NCBI RefSeq assembly: GCF_009914755.1
Contig: NC_060943.1
Source of the DNA: the human T2T-CHM13v2.0 reference genome, Homo sapiens
Length of the DNA: 64,000 nt
Strand: one strand, 5' to 3'
This document shows positions 14,798-27,393 of this stretch, in pieces. The number at the start of each line of letters is the position of its first letter. Position 1 is the stretch's first letter. The notes under the pieces are model-generated. The model searched no databases. It saw only the letters and a list, made by a program, of their open reading frames with translations, and was not told the origin of the DNA. A program made the position numbers and the translations under genes.

Positions 14798-15572
14798 AAA
14801 TTCTAAGTACTACAGAAAGTACAAAAGGCATCAATGTGAGGCAGTGGAGAGAGGAAGGCTGTAAATATAGAACAGTGTCCATATGAAAACACCACAGAGG
14901 CATATTCTATTTCTATAGAGGTATTTTATTTTTACAGGATTTTATTTTTTCCAAAATTCAAGCTAGGTTCTTCTACTTTTTTTTATTAAAAAGCATCCTA
15001 AAACTATGTACTTTATAGCATATTGGATTATCTGTGGAATCCAGTACCCTAGCCCTGTCTGTCATCATGGAAATACTCACAGGGCAATGAGCTGTGTACA
15101 CCCAAATGTTTCTGGGCAGAAATGGATTGGCTGCCTACTGGGTTGTGTCTTACCTGATTAGGAGCTTCTTCAGTATCAGGGAGCAAAGTTGTACTTGAGC
15201 AATTTAGGATGTGCATTTTACCCTTTCCACTTCTGCACAAAAATATAAATGTTGGGATATGAGTTTTACAGAGTTGGGTGCATGTAGGCACTGATGTTTC
15301 TCTGATGACTCTCCTGGCAACTTTGGCTCTCCCCAGTGTTGCTTTTGTTTGACTTTTATGTACAGAACAGATTTTAGTCTTGTTTGGACACATCTATACC
15401 CAATTTGTTTTCCAAAGCTCATGCCTGAGCCCAACCGAAGGCTGTATTCCTATTTGACCACTCAGTATTCTCATGGACACTGGAAAAACAATAATACAAA
15501 GCCATGCGAAGCATGCTGGCTACAAGGTTTATTGAAAGGTTTTCCAGCCACAGTGTCTCTGTATTTTTATAG

Positions 15573-15656
15573 GATAGTGTATTTTGTGAGACACTTTTAA
15601 AAGTGTTAAAATACATGGAGGAAACATTATGCCATCTGGATATTTTGCCACAGAAG
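15573..15656 (+). pseudogene. ATP8A2-like pseudo-exon (DSVFCETLLKVLKYMEETLCHL/YFATEG)
   Basis: tttatag acceptor, G|gtaagt donor; 1-nt deletion before TAT TTT GCC ACA GAA. Confidence 0.88.
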
Positions 15657-16243
15657 GTAAGTGAAATGTGAAAATGCTATTTTTGACCATTGGAGTTGTA
15701 CTTTCTGGCATGTTGGCTGGCTTCACAGGAGCATATTCTTCTACTGCCTGCCCCTTTTCCCTCCCACCTACTCCTCCTGTGCCCATGGCAGGGACTAGAT
15801 GTGTGGCCAAATCCAAAGTCAATTACCTGTATAGCCCTCCATAACTCATCACCAGTAGTGCAGAAAGAGGAGGCATCCCATGCAGAATCAACTTTAGTTA
15901 CTGGTCTCTTTCTTAGAAAACTCAAACATTGTCATAACTGTCATAAGAAAACAGTGTTTTCTTATCCCTCTCTTATGCTTATGACATTGGTTGATCTATG
16001 ACTTGAACAAAAAATTCATGGAACCCATTGTGAGCAGGAAAGGTGTTATCTGAAAGGCTTTAAACAACCCTGATGTCAGGTTTTCCTGCCAGTAATGATA
16101 GCTGGAGATATGCTCAGATGCTGGCTGCTTTCTTGCCTTAGTGTGTTCCACTGAATGCATGATGCATGCACTTGTGAATACATGCAGATACATGGGTGTA
16201 GCTGCTTGAAAGACTGGATCTTTCATGGGACAGCACATTAGGC

Positions 16244-16478
16244 TTTTTTTTTTTTTCCAAACAAGGTCTCATAATGTCATCTAGGCTGGAGTACAGTGGT
16301 GTGATTATGGCTTACCGTAGCCTCAAACCTCTGGGCTCAAGCAGTTGTCCCACCTTAATCTCCCAAGCAGCTAGGATCACAGGTACATGCCACCAAGACT
16401 GGTTTTTTTTAATATTTATTTTGTAGAGAAGGAGTCTCCCTATGTTGCCCAGGCTGCTCTCAAACTCCTGAGCTCAAG
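16244..16478 (-). mobile_element. Truncated AluJ
   Basis: Diverged Alu, left arm incomplete. Confidence 0.85.
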
Positions 16479-16817
16479 GCACATTGGGCATTATGTTGCT
16501 ATGTTGAAACATACTTCCTGCTTCCTCATATTGATACCTGCTTACTGTACATGTACACATGGATAATGCACAGGTCCTGTGTCTCTCTGCTGTGGGGAAT
16601 TAACTCATGCAACTTACTGTGCACTCTCCATCTTGCGGTAGAAGTGGTTTAGTTAGAAAATGGGAGAACTGTTTTTAAATATCCCTTTGGAACTGTGTAA
16701 ATGTTGAATTAAAGTGTCCTTAAAAAGCAGTGGTTTCTTTAACTTTTGAGCATGTGTGATGTCCCCTGTGAGGTAAAACACTCTGCTTGCTTCCATTCAC
16801 CAGTGGCTGATTTGCAG

Positions 16818-16953
16818 GCTTGTGCACTCTGTGGCTTACGCTGTTCTCTCTGAGGATGATTATGAGGAGTGGCTGAAAGGCTATCAAGAAGCCAGCAACA
16901 CATTGAAAAATGGAGCTCAGTGGTTGGAAGAGTGTGGTCAGATCATTGAGAAG
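16818..16953 (+). pseudogene. ATP8A2-like pseudo-exon (..[41 protein letters not shown])
   Basis: ttgcag acceptor; apparent 4-nt deletion near the start; donor position reads ttaacc (GT lost); overlaps ORF 16822..17043. Confidence 0.9.
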
Positions 16954-17777
16954 TTAACCACACATGATAGTCTTTACAGATCCAAGAAGGACTTAAGCAG
17001 CTACCGAACAAAATCTTTGAACAGGCATCCTTCTACTATATAGTGATGTTTTCTTGTTCTGTTTCTTGTTCTTTTCCTATTCTCTTGTCTTGTTCTCTGA
17101 GACATTTCTTTGTTTGCTTTAAGAAGCACTTAATTTTCATGGCTATCTGAAATATCTAGCCACCCTCAACTGAGAATGACAGCTTAAGAACTCTCAGGCC
17201 AAAAACAGCATCAGTGACTTTCTGGCTTTGCTTAGGATTAGGCTTAATGAGATTAGCTCACCGCTCACCGTGTTGAGTTACATGAACAATCAGAACGCTG
17301 TGGGCTGATTAGACAATGTACACACTAAGCATTCTCACACTTACTTGTGGTAATAATATTTAAGTTTTGCCATTGCTACTCTGTATTGCCTACTTCATTT
17401 TGTTGTTGTTGTTGTTATGGTGGCTGTCTTCACTCTATCCCAAAGCATTAGGTAGCTTTCTTTTTATGGGAGTCCCTCAAGTCTGAGAGCTGGATTTCAA
17501 CTTTTTCTGTTTTATGTCAGCAACCATTAGACCATCCATTTTCCAATTTCCATAACTTTGAAGCCATCACTTGTTTGCTTTTTTCATTTCTTTTTTTTAT
17601 TTTTTAATTCCTTTTAGTTTTTTATGCTCAGTTTTTATGTTTCTTATTCAATTGTTTATATTCAGTCATTTTAATGGAATTTGGGTAGGAATAGAACTGA
17701 ATTCAAGTGTTCATTTGCCTTGATTTAGTGGAATTATCCAAAATTACTTTTAGAATCTGAAAACAGTGATTATATAT

Positions 17778-18079
17778 ACTGGGTAATTTACAAAAAGAAA
17801 GAGGCTTATTGGACTTACAGTTCCATGTGGCTGAGGAGACCTCACAATTGTGGCAGAAGGTGAAAGGCACATTTCACATGGCAGCAGACAAGAAAAGAGA
17901 GCTTGTGCAGGGAAATTCCACTTTTTAAAAGCATCAGATAATGTGAGACTTATTCGCTATCATGAGAACAGCACAGGAAAGACCTGCCCCCATGATTCAA
18001 TTACCTCCCACCAACTCACTCCCATGACATGTGAGAATTCAAGATGAGATTTGGATGGGGACACAATCAAACCATGTCA
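17778..18079 (-). mobile_element. THE1-family MaLR LTR (partial solo LTR)
   Basis: actgggtaatttac..cccccatgattcaattacctcccac..gagatttggatggggacaca..aaaccatgtca. Confidence 0.88.
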
Positions 18080-19044
18080 ACATTTTACTTGCAAATTATA
18101 TTTGAAATTATATTAAGTTACTATGTTGCTAGTCATTCACAAAACATTTAAACAAATTGCGATGCCAGAACTCATATATTGACATGCAGTGACCCCTGGA
18201 AATCAGTAGAGAAATGTATTAGAAAAAAAGTTCTGGCAAAGACCTGGCTGATTGTTGGCCTTATTACACAACCTCAGGCATTGGTCACATTAGCTCACAG
18301 AGCTAAGAAAAACCAAGTACTAACCTTGTTACTCAAGACTTTAGGTACTATTGATTTAGATGGATAAAAGATTTATTACAAAGTTATCCTGAAGAATATG
18401 TCCCTCATGCAGAGGACCCAGGAGGTTATGATGACCCCAGAAAGCCTGACCAGCAGTAACAGTAAAAGTTACATAGGGACATGAGTGCAGAAATATTATC
18501 TCTACTGAAAATAAGTTTTATACTAGGGAAGAGTTACAGGGTATATGTAGAACTTTAGCACACGGGCTCAAACCAGATGTATAAGTTCTATATGGTTTAT
18601 GGGTTAACAATGGTAAATCCATTATGCTTATGAGAAGTGAATTAGCACAAATGATTGGAATAGCAAATAACTCCAGGGTTCATGATGAATTAATTGCTAG
18701 AGCACAAAATAACCAAGACCTCTCTGACTTATGATGGGGATGGGTAACAGCAGTTTGGATGAGACAATACTCAAACATCATTCCCAGGTTAATCTAAACT
18801 AAAAAATGGAAGACTTTAGAAGGAGTCATTAAAATACTCAAGAATATGGAAGATTATTATTAATGTCTGATGGGACAGTACTTTATAGAACACCTGGGAA
18901 ATTTCCCATCAAAAATGACTTTTTAAAAAGTCAAGTAATATATCCAAGATAAATCCAATTACTCACAATATACACATAATATACCATAATGAGGTGGGAA
19001 ATTGAAGAAAAATAAAATTGAAAAGAAAGAGAAATAAGCTTTCC

Positions 19045-19640
19045 TGTATTAGGCTGACTTGTCCCAGAGGCACAAACTGGCACATCCCAGACCCAAGAAA
19101 AGTCTTGATAATATTATCTAATGTACTCTGGAGACTCTCCCAGCACTCCCTCAACATAGGGAGAAGAAAAATTTTCCTTTGTTTTAGGGTATGAGTTTAT
19201 AGATTCTTGTTCTCTGTAACCAGTAACTTCAAGTATTCTGTTTTATCTAAAAAGCACAGCAAAGGTCATGAGAAGGCTGAGCAGGCCTGAACTACAGCTA
19301 TCTAGACACCATAGTGAAGGTTATGGGATAAGCCCGTGCCTAGGCAAACCTAGATAATGGACATCTGGGTTTCATAGCAACAGTTATGTGCAATCCTGAG
19401 TTATGAACCTGTTACAATTTGATTAACTGTCTTTGTCCTGTCTCTGTATCCTGCTTTCATGCCACTGTAAGCTTGCTTCAAGCTAGCCTACCCCCTTTTG
19501 TGAAGTGTGTATAAAAGTCAAGTGCTGTCTTTGTTTCAGGCCCAGTCTTTGGATGTGAGTCTGCTGGGCCTGAGTGCACTCAATAAGAGATTCTCCTGTT
19601 TTAACCCGAGGTATCTCTTGTCCTCCTAAATCCTGCAACA
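19045..19640 (+). mobile_element. ERV1-class solo LTR (LTR10-like)
   Basis: TG...CA ends, TATAAAA near 19510, polyA-signal-like caataag, U5 ending cctgcaaca; subfamily from recall only. Confidence 0.65.
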
Positions 19641-22564
19641 ATATAAGACTGATTTTTGACTGCCGTAAAATCTTTCTTGCCTCTAAACCAACACTTCATT
19701 CTATAGTTTAATCTTCTTTCCACTTTTTCTGTTCTCTTAGCTTAAGGAAAGATTATGGCAAACTTTGTATGTTTTTCATATGTACTTGCAAAAGATTATA
19801 CAATTTTGTTTTGATTATTCTTACTTTAGGCTGAAACTTCCCTAATCTTCCCTTAGAGATTGTGGCATATCATGCTAGTTTCCTTTTCATATCCAATTGT
19901 TTCTTCTGCATTTATCACCCTAGCTATGTGATTATATTTTCTGAGCTTCCCTGCAGCTTGTTATAGCTATTTGACTAAGCCAGTGATTTGTAAGCACTGT
20001 GCTATGTGTACCTTCTATAAATCCTTCCTCCTTCTTCTCTTCATCTACCAAGCAGTCTGGAATGAAAATACAATAGCTGGACATCACTAGCCCTCCTAGG
20101 TAATGCAGGCAGGAGTGAAGGGCAACACAGTCTATTAACTTATTTACTAGAAGATAAGTTTCAGAACAATAAGAATCTTGTTTATGTTGGTCAAAGCAAT
20201 ATCCCCAGCGCTCACACAAAGTGTATGGCATGTGCTAAGGGCTCAGGTATCAAATGGGTATTGAATGAATGAATAAATTAATAGTTCACTCTGGAGTCAT
20301 GAGTAAACAAGGTCTCAGCTTATTTCACATAATCAAACTCCTGATCAAATCACATTACTCTATTTTTTTATCTTTACTGCCTCAGCCTTGCCAATGTTAT
20401 AGAAAGATAAGATTTTTTTTAAATGTACATCAATATTCCTTTCCATTAAAATGTTTTAAAAGCTGTTTTTATAACAGTGCTTTCCAATATTTTCCTGCTT
20501 AGCAAGTTCAAAATTCTAGGACTTCAGACAATATTATTCTTAACACAGAATGCAGCCACTGGATCCTGAGGATTTCACTAGATGTTAGTTACTGAAACTG
20601 AACTTTCTTGAATTCTTTTCCTTCCACTGTGGTCTCCCGCATTTCAACATATCACCTATACTTGTCCTCAAACTTTATTTAAATTTTTCAACAGAAATAA
20701 ATTAAATATTAATCATTACTCCTGCCCTGTTTTTTGAAGTGATCCTTTTCTTCCTATGATAACAATTCCTCTGGGCCCTTTTCATGGCCACTTTTATGGT
20801 TATAGGGTTTGTAAATACATTTTTTGCAAATGCATATAATTTTATTAATTATTTTTTACTCTACCTCCAAAGTTGTTGCTATTTAACTCTTCGTGAGAAA
20901 AATTAAACTCATGTTTTACTTTTGTTATATACTTATTTATACTTGAGCTCCTTGATTTCTGCTCAAATTGCTTTTCAAGTTACCTGCCTTTTAGAGAAGA
21001 CATTATTTGGTTTTCATTAGGTGTATCAAGCTTTTCTTGATAGGTGTATCAACAAGTGTAGACTTCTCTATAAAGAATTTCTTTTTCCAGAGTAGTTTTC
21101 TGAAAAGTCTATTAAAACAGAGAAAAATACAGGTCTTCGAAAGAGCTCTTCCTAAACCTCCCCTCTACCAGAAATATTTCTATAGTCACATGGTCCTTTC
21201 TCCCTTCTTGCTTTTGTCTGAGTCCAAAACTAATCTCTCCTTGATCTGGACTGCATGCACTTGTGCCTTCTCAGGGCCCTTTTGTGTTTTTTCTTCTCTC
21301 TTGACTTCAAAAATGAGGTTTCTGTATTGGCTGTTACCCTTTAACATAGAACTATACCCACCCTTTTTAAAAATCTCAGAATAAAAAGGCTTGCTTTACC
21401 ATGTATCTCCTTTACTACCTCATCTCTCTTCTCAGCGAAATATTTGGGAAGAGAAGCCCTCAGTTTGTGTCATTGTTTTCTCACCTCCAGTTCACTTTCC
21501 CCACTGCCTGACATCCAGCTCACTCATGCACATCCCTTGTCACTAAGTTGCCATAGACAACGTTTAGCTGTCCTGCCCTCCTGGCAAAATTTGACTCTGT
21601 GCATTGGGATAATATGTATTCAGCACCTATTGACCAGGCACTGCGTTAGGTCCTGCTGTTATAGAAATGAGAAGCAGACATCCTCTCCATTCTGATAAGA
21701 CTCAGTGGAGCAGCTATTCCTGATTCATATGCAGGTCGCTTGACTTGGCCTAGCTTTTGCAAGCTTCACTTAATGCCATGTAAATCTCCCTATTCTCCAA
21801 GTCTTTCTTTCCGATTCCCCTTGCTATACACAACTTCTCAAGGCAATTGTCTCCATGCTCATGGCTTCAGTTGCCTTCTCTATTCTTTGAGGACAAAACA
21901 ATTATAAATGTTTTCATTTAATAGCTTTATTTTATACAAGATGCCTCATTTGCTATAAACATAGATTCAAAGTTGCTCCATAAAAGTAATTGCTAAAATA
22001 TGGTGACATTTTTAGCATGTAAATTTTAGGGAATTTCCCCAATTACTCTTAATGGTTTGATTTAGTATGTGTATTATTTTTGAAAATATATGTTGGGATG
22101 TCACAAATGGACTTAGTCTACAGAGATTTATATCCAACTCTTGACTAGAGAGCTCCATTTTAATGTGATGCTGAGACTAAAAACCTATCTTTTCCTTCTT
22201 ACCTATTTTTCTTCCTACATTCTCTGCTAGGAGAAAGGCACCACTGTTTCCCCAGTCCCCCACACCAGAGCCTTAGCAGCTCTGTTTTCCCTGTATCTCC
22301 CCTCTTCTTAACATATAATTACCAAGCACTACCTATTCTATCTCCCAATGATCACAAAACTTTTCCCTTTGCTTTAATCACTGCCACTGCCTTTAACATT
22401 ACTCTTCTTTAAGATGAAGCCTGTTAGTTGGTCCTGTTGTTTCCTGCAATCCTTTATTATTGTTCAGAGTGACCACACTGCACACACATCTGACAGTGAT
22501 GCCTCACCTTTGTATGGTTCAAAGATTCTCATGTTTTCAGAATAAAATTAAAACCACCCCAGCA

Positions 22565-22735
22565 CCAAATTTGGAATCAAATAGACCTGGGTTTGTATCC
22601 CAGGTTCATGCACTGTCCAGAAGTGTGGTCTCAGAAAACTGAACTTTCTAAGCCTTTGTTTGCTTATCTGCCTAAACTCTCTGAGAGTGGGGACTGTTTC
22701 ATATATACAGTGCCTGGCACGTAGAAGGGACTTAA
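22565..22735 (+). mobile_element. MIR fragment
   Basis: ttggaatcaaatagacctgggttt..cagtgcctggcacgtag. Confidence 0.6.
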
Positions 22736-22741
22736 TTATTA

Positions 22742-23007
22742 TTAAGCCAAAGGATAATTTAGAGACACAAACAAGAAGACACACAAAATGGAGGGTCTAA
22801 TGCCAGCCTGGAAGAATGAGATGAGACAGCAAGAACTGGGCATTTAGGTAGGGAGGAAAGAAATTGACTGCACCCTGTGGGGAAAGACTAAGGGGTGGGA
22901 ATGCAAGGCAGAGCCAGTCTTTGGTCCTGGTGCCCAGCCCTGGGAAAGCTGGCTACAGGCCGATGTGGAGGATACCTCCCAGGGTACCCTGGGGACAGTG
23001 TCAGCCA
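22742..23007 (+). repeat. Left arm of ~270-bp inverted repeat
   Basis: Reverse complement of 24689-24967; about 20 substitutions and two indels by manual alignment. Confidence 0.92.
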
Positions 23008-23159
23008 CTGAATGAAGAATGAAGGGGAGACATTTTTAAATCGACATGAAAAAAATCTTTGTTCTTTCAAAAATTATACGAACCTACAATATCACTTCCT
23101 CTAAAAGATCGACTTCCACCTTCACTTTCTGATAATCAGGCTGGGGGAATTGGGGAATA

Positions 23160-23325
23160 TAGACTACCTGGAATCAAATCCTGGCTACCCCTGAGCAGTC
23201 ATGTGACTTTGGGGAGCTTACTTACTTCTTCATCTCAATTTATTCTGTAAAATTTGTAAAATGAGATTATTTCTGAGGGTTAAATGAGCATACCACAGTT
23301 GGAACACTGTCAGGCACATGCTGTT
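23160..23325 (+). mobile_element. MIR fragment
   Basis: caaatcctggct..tgtgactttggg..tctgtaaaat..gagggttaaatgag. Confidence 0.65.
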
Positions 23326-23929
23326 TGCCAGTTGTTGACTATTCATCTTTATTGAATTAGGACTATGGTACTCTACTTTATGGTTCTCAAGTTTGTATGA
23401 GAAAATCATGCTTAGTGCATTGATAATCAAAGAAACAAAATCAGAAAAACCCTGCCATGGAAGGAAGACACAGAGGGGAAAAAAGGGAGTGGGCTAGTTT
23501 CAGTATTTCAGAGCTTGTGGGGACAAGTTAGTTCCCTATTTTATAAACAAGGAAGTGGAGGCAGGATGTGTCCTGGGATCTCATGCAAGATACACAGTGA
23601 TAACTCCTTACTGAGAGTAGAACTAGGGTCCCAGGAATTGCTATGGACAAAGTTCTGACAAAAATTACCCCTTGGAAGACAGGAGGAGAGGGAGGAGAGT
23701 GTTTAGATACAAAAACATTCAACAATTTAGGCATATCTAAATTCAGTGAGCAAATGAAAAATGTACTACTTGGCAAAACGAACTTGCTAATGGGACCCAT
23801 TCTACTAACTGGGACTTCCTGCAGAACTTATAGAGGAGGATGGCTTCAACTAACAAATTGGCCTGTGCTTTCCTCAGGACCTAAAAGCTCAGAAAGCCTG
23901 TGATGAATGAAAGCATTAGTCCCAATAGC

Positions 23930-24437
23930 ACTGCACAAGGGGCCAGGAAAGCAGCAGCATCATAAATGACAGGGTGGGGTAGCCCAGTCTGGGACACTGT
24001 GAGCTGTGGGGCAGGGCAGCAGCTGGGCAGGGCATTGTGAACTGTGGGATAGGGCAGCCGGGTGGGGCATTGTGAGCCACATGCCTGGGATCCCCTGGGT
24101 CAGTGGGCTTCAGTCTGGAGGTGATTGCAGAAGGAGGAGCAGCTCCCTTTGTTGTCTCTTCAGGCAGCTGTAGTGTCTCTTCAGCATTTGTTGGGTTCAC
24201 AACCTATTTAAAAGCCAGCTGGTCTTCACCCTCCCAGACAAGTCAGCTCAAGGGAGGCGGTGGGGTGCGGGCCTTGGCCTGAGCCCCACCCAAGGCTGAG
24301 CTGTGGGGCAGTCAGGAGAGCAGCAGGCAAGACCATCTCTGCAGGCGCAGTGAAGCCCTGGCCTAGAGCAGCAGGTGTGAGAGGCCAAACCTGCAAGCTA
24401 AGGCACAGGTAGTGGCAGAGAGGAGTAGAGGCCCCCC
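23930..24437 (+). promoter_or_regulatory. Decayed CpG-island promoter/5'UTR of the CCNYL-like pseudogene
   Basis: GC-rich tract in an AT-rich background directly upstream of the ATG; CpG-poor and TpG/CpA-rich; TATTTAAAA at 24205-24213. Confidence 0.55.
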
Positions 24438-24648
24438 ATGGGGAACACACTGAACTGTTGTGTGTGCCCCAAGTGGGGCTGGCACCGGGGTCGTGTGTGG
24501 CCCTGTGAGCCTGAGATCTGTGAGGCAATAACTGGGAACACAACGCCAGTAGCACCAGTGCCTGCTGCTGTATAGCCTACTGAATTTGCTTTTGAAGCTG
24601 TTGAGAGCCTCCATGTACACCACATCCATGACCAAGAGATTCCAGAAG
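24438..24648 (+). pseudogene. CCNYL-like coding exon 1 with premature stop
   Basis: ATG GGG AAC ACA CTG AAC TGT TGT = MGNTLNCC (myristoylation-type N-terminus); TAG at 24573-24575; ..HHIHDQEIPE G|gtaagg. Confidence 0.9.
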
Positions 24649-24688
24649 GTAAGGAGGTGATGGATGCCATCTGCTCTTGGCACACCTT

Positions 24689-24967
24689 TGGCTGCCACTG
24701 TCCCCAGGGTCCCCTGGGAGGTATCCTCTACATAGGTCTCCTTCATGCCTGTAGCCAGCTTTCCCAGGGCTGGGCACCAGGCACAAAGACTGGCTCTGCC
24801 TTGTATTCCCACCCCTTAGTCTTTCCCCACAGGGTCCAGTGAATTTTTTTCCTCTCTACCTAAATGCCTAGTTCTTGCTGTCTCATCTCATTCTTCCAGG
24901 CTGGCATTGGACCCTCCACTTTGTGCCTCTTCCTGCTTGTGTCTCTATTTATTATCCTTTGGCATAA
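24689..24967 (-). repeat. Right arm of ~270-bp inverted repeat (start of CCNYL intron 1)
   Basis: Reverse complement of 22742-23007. Confidence 0.92.
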
Positions 24968-25448
24968 GAAGCATTATTTGAGGCTTTTTTTTTTGGTATA
25001 TTCTCTCCTGCTTCTAAATAATATCTCAAATACCCCAGCATTCCAGTACCTATCCATTCTCTCTCTTTACCTATCCAGATGGTGCCTAAGTAAAGGAACC
25101 AGGTAAGTGCCCAAGTGTTCCCTTCCTTCCATTTATTAGCGTATGGAAGAAATAATACTAATACTAATACTCAGGACAATTCATACCCAAATATTTTGGA
25201 ATTTCTTATTTAAATTCAAAATAGAGGTTGCCATGGTATTCTTAATAGGTTGTTTTAAGTCACCTTGATAGAAGCTGCTAATTCCTTCTAACTATAATTT
25301 GAACACAGAAGGAAAGAAAATGGAGCGTGCTTAAAATAATTGGGAAAGATGTGAAGTGCTACTGCCAGGGCTGCAGAAAAATTAACGTGTTTTCCCCCCA
25401 AAGGAATTTACCCATGAAGTTCTGTTTACTTTAAAATTCCCAGTTTAC

Positions 25449-25762
25449 ACTGGGCAGGGTGGCTTAGGCCTGTAATCCGAGCACTTTGGGAGGCCTAGGC
25501 AGGTGGATCACCTGAGGTCCAGAGTTTGAGACCAGCCTGGCCAACATGACAAAACCACGTCTCTACTAAAAATAAATAAATAAATAAATATTAGCCAGGC
25601 ATGGTGGTGAGCCCCTGTAATCCCAGCTACTTGGGAGGCTGAGGCAGGAGAATCGCTTGAACCCGGGAGGCAGAGGTTCCAGGGAGCCAAGATGTGCCAT
25701 TGGACTCTAGCCTGGGAGACAGAGCGAGACTCCGTCTCGAAAAAAAAAAAGAAAGAAAGAAA
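25449..25762 (+). mobile_element. AluSx-like
   Basis: Full Alu; TSD aaaattcccagttta. Confidence 0.93.
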
Positions 25763-26565
25763 ATTCCCAGTTTAACACAAAATGGGTCTCCACATTTATT
25801 TTGGTGACTTAACAGACTTCATTTACCTCCTTGTTCTAAAAGAGAAGTGGGGCGGTTCATGATCAAAAGCTTCAAAGAGATGAAACATAAGTTTGGACTT
25901 CAATTTGTAATGTAAAGATTGGAAGTCAAAATGCCAGACCTTAACTATGCAAGAGTGTTTGTTGCCATGGTTCCTCTTTCCCCCTCCTGCCAGTAGCATC
26001 TTGTTCAAAGATAAGAGAGTAGGAGTTCTTCAGACTTTAAACTTCTGGGAGAGGCAGGGGGATGGGAAGAGGTAGAAAAGAGGAAACATTTAAAATTTTG
26101 CCTCTAAAATTTTGGAAAGAGATAAATCTAGGTAAAAATAATTCTGGATAACAATATGTCTTGAATAAAAAGTAAATCTTCCAAAATAGAAAACACTGTA
26201 TTGTAAAGATATTTAAATCCAGTTGGTTCATTGGTTTCATTTAAATGTCAGAGATTTCATTAATTTAGAGGAAATGTCTTGTAGCTCTTCTATAAAAACT
26301 TTGGTTGGGCTCTTAAGTTTTTAAAAAGGTAGAATAATTAAGACTCATGATGAATGTGACTTTGTAACTGGGATGTACTATACTCACTTTTCAGGATATT
26401 TCAGAATTGTCTTAGAATAAATAAATACGTTATATGAATTAATTGATTATACCTTTATCCACAAAGCACGTAAGTACTTGTGTAAACTTCTGCTTTGCTT
26501 GAAAGTGTAAGGTAAGACTCTGAGTGATTTTATACATGAGTTAGTAGACGAGTAGTTTTGGATGA

Positions 26566-26922
<357 letters not shown>

Positions 26923-27259
26923 TACAACACATTTTATGTATGTCTCATTTGGCCCCTCCAAATACAGATAAGGCCTCTGTATGTTCTCCCTATATTGCTA
27001 ATGAAGAAACAAAAAGAGATCTTAAATGACTAGTAAAACAGCTACTAAACAGAACTAAGGTTTGTAAGTCCTCAGAATGACATGGAAATGATAGATATGC
27101 TGAATTTAGTTCTTTAAAGTTTTTAAAACTCCAGAATACATCTTATATTTTACTGTAAAGTAGACCTGTCTTTTAAAATGATTTTTAAATGATTTTTAAA
27201 ATTATTTATTCCATTTAAAGTTCATTTTACACAACTCAAAGGCAACATTTACCTCTTCA

Positions 27260-27393
27260 TTTTTTTCTAAATAAAGGAGAGTCTGACTACGTTACCCATG
27301 CTGGCCTCAAATTGCTGGCCTGGGCTCAATAGACTTTTCCACCACAGCCTCCTGAGCTGCTGGGACTACAGGCATCTGCCATCTTGCCTGGCC
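27260..27393 (-). mobile_element. Free Alu monomer (FLAM/FAM-like)
   Basis: Single diverged Alu arm. Confidence 0.65.

Noticed and set aside
24363-24812. 149-aa ORF and overlapping - strand ORFs
   Set aside because: Antisense shadow of GC-rich CCNYL exon 1 and the inverted-repeat arm.
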